Program-made: the position numbers and the translations under genes
Origin: Somniosus microcephalus
Taxonomy: Eukaryota
Direction of reading: 5' to 3'
DNA length: 64,000 nt
NCBI GenBank assembly: GCA_052327205.1
Contig: JBMRGM010000040.1
Location: forward strand, 41,416,001-41,480,000
Notes under the pieces: generated by a model
The model's input: only the letters and a program-made list of their open reading frames with translations
Database searches by the model: none
What the model was told of the DNA's origin: nothing
Shown here: in pieces, positions 49,276 through 61,149 of the stretch
How positions within the stretch are numbered: the stretch's first letter is position 1
Layout: each line of letters starts with the position of its first letter

Positions 49276-50119
49276 CTTCAAATAAAGCTGTTGGACTATA
49301 ACCTGGTGTTGCGTGACTTCTTACACTGATAAGAATGTCCTGCGCAAGCTGGGCCCGTGCCCGAGTATTTATACCCTCCCTGGACAGCGCCACCCACAGG
49401 CCGCTCAGCATTATTTCATAAAACTTTATTTCATGAATGACTGATTCATTTCAGAAGGCAAATGGAATGTTGGCCTTTATTGCAAGGGGGCTGGAGTATA
49501 AAAGGAAGGAAGTCCTTCTACAAATGTGCAGGGCGTTGATGAGACCACACCTAGAGTACTGCGTACAGTTTTGGTCTACTTATTTAAGGAAGAATATACT
49601 TGCATTGGCGACAGTTCAAAGAAGGTTCACGAGGTTGATTCCGGAGATGAAGTGATTGTCTTATGAAGATAGTTGGAACAGGTTGGGCCTATACTCATTG
49701 GAGTTTAGAAGCATGAGAGAGGACCTGATTGATAATTATAAGATTCTGAATGGTCTTGACACGGTAGATGCAGAGACGATGTTTCCCCTAGTAGGCGAAT
49801 CTGAAACTAGGGGGCATAATTTCAGAATATGGGGGCACACGTTTAAATCGGAAATGGGGAGGAATTTGTTCCATCAGAGGGACATGAATATTTGGAGTTC
49901 TCTTCCCCAGAGATCTGTGGAGGCTGGGACATTGAATATATTTAAGTTGGAGTTAGACAGATGTTTGAAAGGTAAGGGAGTCAATGGTTATGGAGAACGG
50001 GCAGGGAAGTGGAGTCCAGGCCAAGAACAGATTAGCAATTATCTTATTATATGGCGGAGCAGGTTCGAGGGGCCAAATCACCTACTCCTGCTCCTGCGCC
50101 TTATGTTCTTATGATGTTA

Positions 50120-50416
50120 TGTAATTCACTCCATGCCCAAAATTGCGAGCTCTCCCCTGGTGTGTCAGCTGACTGTGTTTATAAACAATTCTGCATAATT
50201 CACTCCGTGTCCATCACTGTGAGCTCTCCCCTGCTGTGTCAGCTGACTGTGTTTATAAACACGTCAATATAATTCACTCCTTGCCCAATATTGTGAGCTC
50301 TCCCCTGGTGTTTCAGCTCACTGTGTTTATAAACACTTCAGTGTAATTCTCTCTATGTCCGACACTGTGAGCTTTCCCCTGGTGTGTCAGCTCTCTGTGT
50401 TTATAAATACACTTCA
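50120..50416 (+). repeat. 74-bp satellite, about 4 units
   Basis: Same consensus as 44350-45756. Confidence 0.93.
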
Positions 50417-50940
50417 GGAAGGTTGGGAAGGCACTAGAGACGGTGCAGAGTAGAATTACCAGAATTGTTCCGGGTTTGGGGGATCTTAGCTGCAACGACA
50501 GATTGGAGAATCTAGATTTGTTTTTATTTGAGCAAAGGAGGCTCAGGGGTGATTTGACAGAAGTGTACAAGTTTTTGTCGGGCTGGATAGGCAAGGCGGG
50601 GAAAGGTTGTTGCCACCAGTTGATAGAACTAGGGCTACGGGACGCAGATTTAATTTGTTGGGCAATAGATACAGTGGTTATGTGAGGAACAGCTATTTTA
50701 CACAGCGAGTAGTGAGTACCTGGAACTCGCTGCTGATGGAAGTGGTGGAAGCGGAGACACTCAATGTTTTCAAGGGGAGACTGAATAGGCACTTGAGGGA
50801 AATAAACTTGCAGGGCTACGGGGATAGAGCGGGGGAATGGGACCGACAGGATTTCCTGCAGAGAGTCTGCATGGACACTATCGGCCGAATGTCCTCCTTC
50901 TTTACCGTTATGATTCGATGACACTATGACTATAACTATT
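50417..50940 (+). mobile_element. CR1 3' fragment
   Basis: EQRRLRGDL and RVVSTWNSL motifs with an (ACTATG)n tail. Confidence 0.85.
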
Positions 50941-51069
50941 GATTGCATTCCTAAATCAGCCTTTTTTTACCAATTTGGTTTATGCTTCCCTTGTCCAACT
51001 CTTCCAATTTCGATTACATATTTATTTTTAATTTCCTTTTCCATACCATCAATTATCTCCCAATCGGCC

Positions 51070-51720
51070 TCGTCACGTCTTATTGAAGTTGGTAATTCCA
51101 GATTCCTCCATTATTTCCTCAATAACCAGGGCTTCCACATTGGGGATCACCCTTGTGGCTGTTCCCTGCACTGCCTCAAGTATTTGAATATATCCCTTGT
51201 GTCTCGGTGAATAAAGGTGGACAGATTTCTTAAGCTTCTGACTGAGCCGAGCTCCACACAATAAAATAATTAATTTCACTGACTTGTACACTATTGCGTT
51301 GGATATGTAGTTGAATATGTTATTGATTTTTTGATTGCTGTTTTGCAATGGTAATCCTTGTTGAGTATGCAATCTAATTAGAATCCAAAGGGTATTTCTG
51401 CTTTAGCCTCAGCTCAACAAACACTATTCAAATAGTATATGGACGTCCCATTCACCTTACGATGTGTAGTATGTAACGAGATTCAGCATAAAATCACACC
51501 GACCGTTATTATCCCTCCCGAAGCTTTTGCCCAAAACGTTGTGTTGTTTCTGAGCTGTGATCTCCGCCAACTGAAACTCCCGAAAATATCTGCAAGACTG
51601 ACAAATTTACATTGAGTTTCATAGGTTTTATTTTTGAAGTAAATTTGCAATGAAAGCTATCTCAGCACCGATCAATAGCAACCCCACTCAGTAATTTGCC
51701 AACCTGGTATAACGCCTGTA
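51070..51720 (-). mobile_element. Very old CR1 fragment
   Basis: Degenerate IVYKS...ILEAVQGTATRVIP. Confidence 0.6.
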
Positions 51721-51914
51721 ACATTTACCAGATGAATTCTACTATTACACCTGTTTGTTATCCAATTGAGGAAAGATATTATTCCAATGTTTGACGTGTC
51801 ACTTTGCTATTTTTATTCCCATAACAGTATTAACCTGGGAGTAAAGTGGCTGACGCAACCTGTTTGTTCAAATGACTGTAACTAACATCAGTTGCCCGGG
51901 GACAGAACTGTTCA

Positions 51915-51965
51915 CTGGAGATTTCCCTGCTGTATAAATAAAGGCTGCCTTCAATGTATCACATC
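51915..51965 (+). promoter_or_regulatory. Putative core promoter of the GPCR gene
   Basis: TATAAATA at 51933-51940, about 90 bp upstream of the ATG, preceded by GGAGATTTCCC. Confidence 0.6.
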
Positions 51966-52023
51966 ACACTTTCCACCGGGCTGCTGTGTCCATCACTACA
52001 GGGATCATCGCTTCTCACACTAA

Positions 52024-52093
52024 ATGGAAGTCCTGATACTTCAGCAGATAGGCGCCATTTACTATCCTATTCTCGCAGCTGTTGGTGTTCCTG
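52024..52093 (+). CDS. GPR139/GPR142-like class A GPCR, coding exon 1
   Basis: MEVLILQQIGAIYYPILAAVGVP plus one G, then donor CTG|GTGAGT. Phase 1 matches exon 2 and completes the TM1 motif GVPVN. Confidence 0.88.
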
Positions 52094-53499
52094 GTGAGTG
52101 GTGAAGAAAGACATGAATCTGATAAAAAATCTCTTAACTACAAAGCTTCTCGTGCTGCGTGTCTGGCAAAATGTGCTTTTCTTATTCTCTGGGTAGCACA
52201 GTTATGTGAGGTTTGCTGTCAGATTAACCCGAATGTTCCCTGCTTAATTAACGTGGTGTCTTCCTTCACACTGCAGTCTCCAGTGATGATACCATGCTTC
52301 TTCTAAAAAGAATGGCATGCAATCTGGGTTCCGGATAAAAGGACACTAAAACATTGAGAAATAGGGTCGTCTGACTTAAATCTGCAACACTTTAATAACT
52401 AAATAGAACTGAATCATGCTGCTATGCTCGCTTTCTCCAAAAGTCACTTTCAACTAATAAAGAATGTATTTATTGATGCTCAGTGGTGTTTCTGTATTGG
52501 AAAGAAGGGATGCACTACCCAATAACATTATTTCTATTTCAGTGATATTTCTTTTGACTGTTATACAGCGAAAACTTCAGGAATGTTTTCCAGCACAACA
52601 AGTTGTAAATGTTAAAGGAATTTCAGTGACTGTGTTTATTTATCTATTGAAGCAATATTCATTCATATATTTACCTTGAGCAATTCTGCGGATCTCACTA
52701 TTCAGTTCAGTCCAGTGTTGCTCTATATTTCCTGATATGGTGTTTTACTTTCAAACTTTCTTTAATGTATAACTGAATTGCCTGGGGAAGTATACGGTCC
52801 GATTTTACATCTTGTCAACTACCTGTCCCTCAGTGATAAACATAAATTGCCACTTTAGAAAGTGGGATTGCTGATTACAAAAGTATTATTAAATTATACG
52901 TTAAATTGTAAAATTCTTTACAATATGTATATTTTTAGCTGGTCCTTGGTACCAGCTGCCAATATTTAATTCAGAAAGTTGCCTGTTGAAGTTTCACTCT
53001 GCTATATAAACTTGCAAGAAACTGACATTTCCTTTAGTTGGTGCTGCATTGTCAAGGGTGAGGAACCACGTTTCCCCTTTTAAACCAGGAGCCTTTGCAG
53101 GAGGGACTGCTCTCCAAGTTTTCCCCTTTTTGTGGCCAGCGTGCCTACTTTAAACCAGCGCCACCGAAAAATGTGTTCATTGGATCTTGCTCGGTTGCTG
53201 CTTCAGCTACAACAAACGGGGCAGCGCTTCAGATCTTCATGGGCGCTTTGGGATTTTATCAGAAGCCATGTCAAAGTGCTAATCTCTGTTTATATTGTGA
53301 ATCGCACATTCCTGCTGAACAGATGTGGAAGTAGAAATACAAATACATTCTTTAACAGCAATAGGGTCAATCAAAGTAGGCACATTACAAGAGTGAACCC
53401 CAGGAAACTGAAACGTATGTCTGCTGAACCTGATATAATTACCACACTACAAATCAACAGGAGTTCAAAAATAGGTTGAATTTTGAAAGAACAGTGAGT

Positions 53500-54365
53500 A
53501 GTTCAGAGCATAATTCATTGGAGATTGCAGTATTTAATTTGGTTGATAATTCAGTGGATAATCGAGTGCTTACTTCTTTGTATAATATAATGTGTCATTC
53601 GCTAGATAGTTGTGTGGTTAATAAATTGGATATTTCAGAGTTGAATACTATAGATAACTAAAGGATAATTATTTGTATGTTTCAGTGTTTAATTCGATGG
53701 ATAATTGTGTGGATAATTTTTTGGATATTTCATAGTTCAATTCGGTGGATAATTGAGAGGATAATACTTTTGATATTTCAGTGTTTAAGTCGATGGATAA
53801 TTGAGAGGATAATACTTTGGATATTTCAGTATTTAATTCGATGGATAATTGAGCTGGTAATTCTTTAGATATTTCAGTGTTTATTCGGAGGATAATTGTG
53901 TGGATAATTATTTGGATATTTCAGTGTTTAATTCGATAGAAACTTGAGAGGATAATTATTGGATAATTCAGTGTTTAATTCTATAGAATATTGAGTGGTT
54001 AATCTTTTGGATATTGCAGTGCTTAATTCGACAAATAATTGAGTGGATAAATATTTGGATTGTTTAAATCGGTGGATAAATGAGTGGATTTTTCTTTCCA
54101 TATATTTATATTACATTCACTAGATAATTGAGTGCATAATTCAGTTGCGAATTCTGTTGATAATTCAGTGCTTAATTCGGTGGATAATGTAATAAATAAT
54201 TATTTTGATGATTCGGTTGATAGTCGTTTGGAAAATTCTTTGTATATTTCAATACTTAATTCGGTTGATATTTGAATCGATGTTTTCGATGACAATTATT
54301 TGACTCCTTCAGTGTTTCATGCGCTGGATAATTCAGTAGGTAATTATTTTATAATTTATGGGATA
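53500..54365 (+). repeat. About 48-bp GGATAAT-rich minisatellite in the GPCR intron
   Basis: Unit approximately GGATAATTGAGAGGATAATACTTTGGATATTTCAGTGTTTAATTCGAT, degenerate at the edges. Confidence 0.88.
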
Positions 54366-54686
54366 AATATATATGAAATCCATTAGAATGAATTTCTCGA
54401 AATTGCAGAACCAATGAAAGTTCTGTGGACATATCTGCTTGTCGTTCACATAATATTACTTCTCACTTTTCTAATTTAATCCCACTTTAAATCAAACTCA
54501 ATTTTTCTTTGGTCTAACAACAGAAACCGCTGGAAAAGAATTTTCCAAACCACTATCAACCGAATCATCAAAATAATTATTTATTAAATTATCCACCGAA
54601 TTAAGCACTGAATTATCAACAGAATTCCCAACTGAATTATGCACTCAATTATCTAGTGAATGTAATATAGATATATGGAAAGAAAA
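54090..54686. repeat. Inverted duplication, arms 54090-54241 and 54536-54686
   Basis: Arms of about 150 bp that are near-identical reverse complements. Confidence 0.9.
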
Positions 54687-55150
54687 GGCCAGGCAACATC
54701 CGTGGAGAGAGAAATAGATTCAACATTTCAGGTCGATGCCCTTCATCAGAACTGAGAAAGAAAGGCAGGAAATGAGATAGATTAAAAGGCCATTTGGCGG
54801 ATGTGAAATGGGGGAGGGGATGAAAGAACAAAAGCGAAGTGAAGAGACATTAGGAGGTATTCAAGACGAGACGAGGTGGTAATAGGACAAGTGAAGAGAC
54901 TAAAGACGGCTCTAGATGAAGTGTGAAATGCGTTGGCAGAATAAGAGACAGCTAGCATGTGGGAGAGAAAAAGGGGGAAGGCACAATCAAAGGCGTGGAT
55001 TAAAAATATATAGAAAATTAATAGAGGCCGAGATTGTGATGTGAATTTGTTGAACTCGATATTGAGTCCGGGAGGCTGTAAACTGCCTATTCGGATGACG
55101 AGGTTTCTGTTGTTATTTCGGATTTCCAGCATCAGCAATATTTTGCTATC
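54687..55150 (-). mobile_element. Penelope-like 3'/pLTR fragment with a decayed hammerhead motif
   Basis: GSLQPPGLNIEF C-terminus; CTGATGA-AGG-GCATCGA-CCT-GAAA on the minus strand at about 54726-54749. Confidence 0.75.
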
Positions 55151-55584
55151 GTTTTAATTCAGCCTGGTGGCGTAGTCTGGGGGGAGGTAGGGAATTCTGC
55201 TTCGAATTATCGCGTGCTTTATCCGCAGTTATTAAAACGTTGCTAAGTTAAGTCTCTGTGGTCAACATCAGCAACATATTTGATATCAGACAGACAGCAG
55301 TGCGGAGCCTAGGCCCAGCACCATATTCAGATCCTCCCCACAGGTGAATGTAAAAGGTTTCTCGGCTTCTATGTATGAAAACACGCCTATCCTCGTATCC
55401 GTGCCCAATATCTGCTCCTGGCTTCCCTCCAGTGGTCGCTATTCATGTCCTCTTGCTGCATCCTTACTCTTATTGGGTTCACCTCTAACTATATCACGAT
55501 GATTCAGCACTACCAACAACTCATTACTTCTTTCTCACTTCTCTACCGCACAGCAAGCCCGATTTTAGACTGGAGGAAACACGT

Positions 55585-55785
55585 GTTCCAATTGTACCTT
55601 CTTCCTGCCACGTCCCCATTGCAGCTTTACACCTTCCGGTCCCCAATTCTCCTTCCCCAGGTGCAGTACTCATTGCACCAGCACCATGCCGAGTCCCCAT
55701 TGCAATTTCACCTACCCATACCCCATGTACCTTCCTCCTGCCCTGTTTCCATTGTACCTACACCCCGCAGGTTCCCCTTACATAG
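55585..55785 (+). repeat. 27-bp CCCCATTGCACCTT-type minisatellite, degenerate
   Basis: Same motif as 61150-61845. Confidence 0.65.
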
Positions 55786-56079
55786 AATAGGATAACTTAC
55801 AATTTTACAGCATAGAAACAGGCCATTCTGCCCAACAGATTTATATTCCACACGAGCCATCTCCCGCATTTCCTCATCTCACTCCACTAACACATCATTC
55901 TATTCATTTTTGACTCCTATAGTTATCCAACTGCCACTTACATGCATCTATGCAAAGTTCTGCAAATACTGCATGGCATAGAGTCATAGAGTCATAACGG
56001 CAACAGAGGAGGCCAGTCGGCTCATCGAGTGCGTGCCAGTTCTCTGTAGAGCAAGTCAGTCATTCCCATTCCCATCGGG

Positions 56080-57230
56080 GGTTGTCTTATGAAGAACATT
56101 TGAGCAGGTTGGGCCGATACTCATTGGAGTTTAGAATATTGAGAAATGATCTTATTGAAACTTATAATGACCCAGAAATTCGGGTCTCCACGGTTGAGTA
56201 CGCACGGGGTACTCGCCCGTGGGCCCAATCGAAGTGCCGTTTTCGTGTGTGCACTGCACATGCGCGGGAAAGCAGAACTTCCATTCCCCTGAAAGATGGG
56301 GTTAACAGGTGGAACGCGTGCGTGGGAGAGGCAGCGCGTGCACATTTAACTTACTATTTTTTCCAGGTTTCTCCGGGAAGGTAAGTCTCCAGAAATTAGA
56401 CACGTAAAGTGCAGTCCTCATGCCTGCTTTTAAAATGGTAAGTGGTGCATTAATCAATGTTATAACATTTTTTACACAGGTTTATTATTTTTAAATACTT
56501 CAAAGAAAGGTAAGCTTATTTTTAGCCCCGTTAGAAAATGTAATTAATTTTTTCAAAAATGTAAATTATTGTTTAAAATAGTTATTTCATGTAATTTATA
56601 GTTATTTTAAAAATGCAATGTTTTTTTTTAATTTATTTGAAATTTTAGTTACGTTTTGGGGCTTATAGTATTTATAGGATTGACAGCTCTTCCTGTCAAA
56701 CTTATGAATGAAGCATACCCTGCTACCATTGGCTCTCCATGGCCCACGTGATCCCAGGGGGTTGACTCGAACTAACTGCGCCCCTGGGATACACAAGCAC
56801 TGCGCGCCGGCAGTTGGAGGAGGCACAGGATCGGAATACCACGCAGGCCCACATCTCAACGGCCGGTATGCTAGGTAAGTGCACGTCAGAGGCTTGCACC
56901 CGTGGGAAGCCACCGAACCGAATTTCTGGGCCAATATTCTAAGTGGGCTTGACAGGGTAGATGCACAGATAATGTTTCCTCGCGTGGGGGAATCTAGAAC
57001 AAGGGTGGCATAGTTTCTAATTGGAGATGAGGAGGCATTTCTTCTCTCAGCGGGTCGTGAACCTTTGGAATTCTCTACGTCAGACAGCTGTGGATGTTGG
57101 GTCATTGAATATATTCAAGGTGGAGATAGACAGAATTTTGAATTATAGGGGAATCAAGGGTTATGGGGAGCGGGCAGGGAATTGGATTCGAGGCCAAGAT
57201 CAGATCAGTCATAGCCTTAATGAATTTTAA
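56080..57230 (+). mobile_element. CR1 3' fragment interrupted by a MITE
   Basis: SYEEHLSRLG...LIETYN|ILSGLDRVD rejoins across the MITE. Confidence 0.85.
56169..56932 (-). mobile_element. Harbinger-type MITE with AAT TSD
   Basis: TIRs GACCCAGAAATTCGG and CCGAATTTCTGGGCC, AAT on both sides, homologous to 33265-34023. Confidence 0.9.
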
Positions 57231-57239
57231 CGAGTTCCA

Positions 57240-60200
57240 CTTTCTAATATTTTTTGCACTTTCTCCAGTGCTTCTATCCTCTTATTGGGCTAAGCAGATC
57301 ATAACTGTTCACAGCACTCTAAGTGTGGTCTCTCCAAGGTTCAATATAAGTTTAACACATCTCCTCTGTTATTGCTTTCCATTCCTCTAGATATGAACTC
57401 CGTTGCTTTGACTGTACGCTTAATGGCTTCTTTCATCTCTTTGTGAATTTGTAGCCCTAAACTCCTTATCTTCTCCCACCATTTGGACTCTTATTTTCCA
57501 AGTCTCATGTGCCCTACTTATTCCACCTACCAAAATACACAACCTCACATTCTATTTACTGAAAATCATTTATCATTATCTCTCCATGATTCCATTTTGT
57601 TAATATCTTCCTGAATTTTGTCGCAAACATCCGCAGTGTTAACTATACCCCATAATTTGGTGTCATCCACAAATGTTGATATTATATTTCTGATTCCCAA
57701 GTCCAACCCACTACTGTAAATTGTAACCAATAGTGACCCCTGTGGAACACCACTTCCCACATTTCCCCAGTCTGAGCAACTACCTTTAACATCTACTCTC
57801 TGTTTTCTATTGAGCAGCCAGTTTTTCTATCCATTCGGCCACTTTTCCACTGAGTCTACAGGCTCGTACCTTAGTCACGAGTCCACTATGGCGGTGGAAG
57901 CTCTTATAAATGTCTATTTATATTATATTCACCACCTTACCATTATCTCCTCTGCTAGTTTTTCAAATAACGCAGTACGGTTGGTCAAGTCGGAGCTTCC
58001 CGTTTGAAATCCGTGCTGACTAGACTTTATTATGTTTCGGTTTCAAGAGAAATTTCTTTTTTATGTTTGAGCGAAGATTACTATACCTTTCCTCTCACCC
58101 TTGTTAAGCGCACTGGATGAAAGTTCTAAGAATGTTTACATATATTTATATGCAGTGCCTCTGCTGTCTCTTCCTTAGCTTTGACTGTGAGTGGAAATAG
58201 TCCTTCCAGACACGGGATTTATCCTCTATACATATGTTTAGTTTATCATAAGAACATAAGAAAAAGGAGCAGGACTCGGCCATTCGGCCCCTCGAGCCTG
58301 CTCCAACATTCAATGAGTTCATGGCTGATCTTCTTCCTCAATTCCATGCATCGGCCTTATCGCCATATCCCTTGATGGCCTTACTAGTCTGAAATCTATC
58401 GACTCCTGTTTTGAATACGCCCAGTGACTGAGCCTCCACTTCCCTCTAGGGCAGACAATTCCAAAGATTCTCCAACCTCTGTGTGAAGAAATGTCCTCTC
58501 ATCTCAGTCCTGAATGGCCTTCCCTTTACCCTGAGGCTGTGCCCCAGGTCCTAGACTCCCCAGCCAAGGGATACATTCTCCCAGCATCCACCCTATCAAG
58601 CCCTGAAATCATTTTGTATGCTTCAATGAGATGGCCTCTCATTTTTCTAAATTCAAGCAAATACAGGCCTAGTTTACTCAATATCTTCTCATGCGACCGT
58701 CCTGCCATCCCAGGAATCAATCTCGTTAACCTTCCTTGCACTCCCTCTATGGCAATTATATCCTTCCTTAGGTAAGCAGAACAAAATTGTACACAATACT
58801 CCAGGTGCGGTCTCACTAATGCCCTATATAATTGGAGTAAGACGTCTTTACTCCTGTACGCAAATCGTTTTATAATGAAGGCCAGCATACCATTTGCCTT
58901 CCTAATAGCTTGCTGCAACTGCACATTCATTTTAGTGACACATGTACAAGGATACCCAAGTCCCTTTGAGCATCTACATTCCCCAATCTTTCACCACTTA
59001 GGAAATATTCTGCCTGTCTGATTTTTCTACCTTCAAATTTATCCACATTATAATCCATCTGCCCTGTTCTCGCCCTCTCATTGAACCTGTCGAGAGCCCC
59101 TTGAAGCCTCTTCACATCCTCTTCGCAACAGACACTGCCACCTAGCTTTGTGACATCAGTAAAATCTGGAAATGTGACATCTAAAACATTGACATAGAAC
59201 GTGAATAGCTGGGACCTAAGCACTGTCCTTGCGGTACCACTCTAGGCACAGCCTGCCATCCTGAAAAATACACGTTTTTCCCTACTCTTTGTTTTCTGTC
59301 TGTTAACCAATTCTTAATCAAGGCTAGTATATTTCCCCCAATTCCATGTGTCCAAATTTTGGTCACCAACCTCTTGTGTGTGACCTTATCGAAGCCTTCT
59401 GAAAATCCAAATACAACACATCAACCAGTTCTCCTTTGCCTGCTGCATTAATTCCATCCTAAAAGAACTCCAATAAGTTTGTTAAACAGTATTTCCCTTT
59501 CATAAATCCATGTTGAATCTGCCCAATCTTACTATTCGTTTCTAAGTGCCCAGTTATTGCATCCTTTACAATATATTCCAGCATTTTCCCAACGACTGAT
59601 GTGAGGCTAACAGGTCTGTAGTTCCCCGTATTCACTCTCCGCACTTTCTTAAGTAGTGGGGATACATTTGCTATCCTCAAATCTGCAGGAACCGTTCCTG
59701 AATCTATAAAATTTTGGAAGATGAAAAGCAATGCGTCCACTATCCCAATGGCCACCTCTTGCAAAACCCTGGGATGCAGGTCATCCATTCCTTGAGGTTT
59801 ATCGAATTTTAGTCCCATTAATTTTGCTACTACAGTTTTTTTTTACTAAAAATAATTTCTTAAAGATCCTTATTCTCGCCACAGCTTTCGTTTTCTCGTA
59901 TTTATGGGAGATTTGTTGTGGTTTACTTCGTGAAGACAGAAACAAAGTATTTATTTAATTTCTCACCCAATTCCTCATTCCCCATTATAAATTCTCCCGT
60001 CTCTGACTGTAAAAGACCTACATTTACTTTCGCCAGACTTTGCCTTTTTACATAACTAGAGAAGCATTTACAATCCGGTTTTACATTTTTCGCTAGTTTT
60101 TGCTCATATTACAGTTTCATTTTCTTTATCAAATTTTGGTCACCCATTGCAGATTTCTAAAAAATCCCAATTCTCAGGCTGACCCCTTTTTCTGGCAACT

Positions 60201-61130
60201 TTTTAAGCTTCCACCTTTGACTCAATACTAGTTCATTTTATTTTGTTTGCCATGGTTGGATCACTCCTCCTTTTGGGTTTTTATGCCATAGAGAAATATA
60301 TGTTTTTTTTCAAAATATGCATTATTACCTTGAATGTTAGCGATTGTATTTCCACCTTCGTACCTTTTCGTATAGCCTCCCAATCTACCATGCTCAACTT
60401 GTCCCACATTCCCTTGTAGTTTCCTTTGTTGAGACTGAAGAATTTAGTTTCAGATTGGACGACATCACTCTCAAACGTATTACAATTCAATCATATTATG
60501 GTCATTTGTCAGTAAAGGACACTTCAACACAAGATTATTGATTAGCCCTTTCTCATTAACAGTACCAGATCCAGCAGAGTCTGTTCCCTGGTTGGTTCCT
60601 CCAAATATCGATCGAGAAAACCATCTTGCATGCATTCCAAGAATTCGTCCTTCACACCATTAGTGGTTTTTGATTTGTCCAGTCTATATGTACATTAAAG
60701 TCAACCATGATTACTGTATTGCCCGTGTTACATGCACTTCCAATCGAAGACCTCGCTCCTGTCTATCTTAGAAGCCTTGGTATGCATTTTGAATTCCTCG
60801 GATAATTTCACGCCCACCATGTTTGTGGCCCTGGTAAAAACTGAGGTAAAAGAACTGTTCAATTTATTTCATTTCACTGCTTTTATTTTAGAGTTTATCC
60901 TGTCCATTCCTAAGTGGCCATATCCCTATTTTCCTATTCCTATGCTTATAGAATTCTGAAATATTTATTTTTATATTGATTGATAATTTAATTTTGTAAT
61001 TCGACATTGATTTCCTAATTGTATATTGGCTTATTTCCTAACATCGTGTTGGCATTTGCCTTCCTCTCCTTTATTGTCTCTGTAATGTACTCAATGTATA
61101 CCTTTAGTTATTATTTTCTCTTTAATCAGG
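57240..61130 (-). mobile_element. Two nested decayed CR1 LINEs (younger one about 58247-60740)
   Basis: CATAAGAACATAAG tail at 58247; RPHLEYCVQF, QHGFMKGK, GNYRPVSLTS and STFVDDTK fragments. Confidence 0.88.
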
Positions 61131-61149
61131 CTCACTTTGTACTGGCACT

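Larger units (their letters stand above)
48606..49325. mobile_element. Penelope-derived element made of two inverted pLTR copies, 11-bp TSD
   Basis: Arms 48643-48953 and 49015-49325 (311 bp each, about 8 mismatches). TSD CTGATAAGAAT at 48595-48605 and 49326-49336. Confidence 0.9.
48496..49453. mobile_element. Solo LTR (about 230 bp net) with 5-bp TSD GAAGG
   Basis: TGACATATGAA...TTCATTTCA termini (TG..CA), GAAGG at 48491-48495 and 49454-49458, and TATAAATA on the minus strand near 49365-49372. Confidence 0.8.
45757..50120 (+). mobile_element. Decayed CR1 LINE (EN, RT, tail) inserted in the satellite, with nested inserts
   Basis: Degenerate EN and RT motifs throughout. Interrupted at about 47650-48005 and at 48496-49453. 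Confidence 0.9.
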
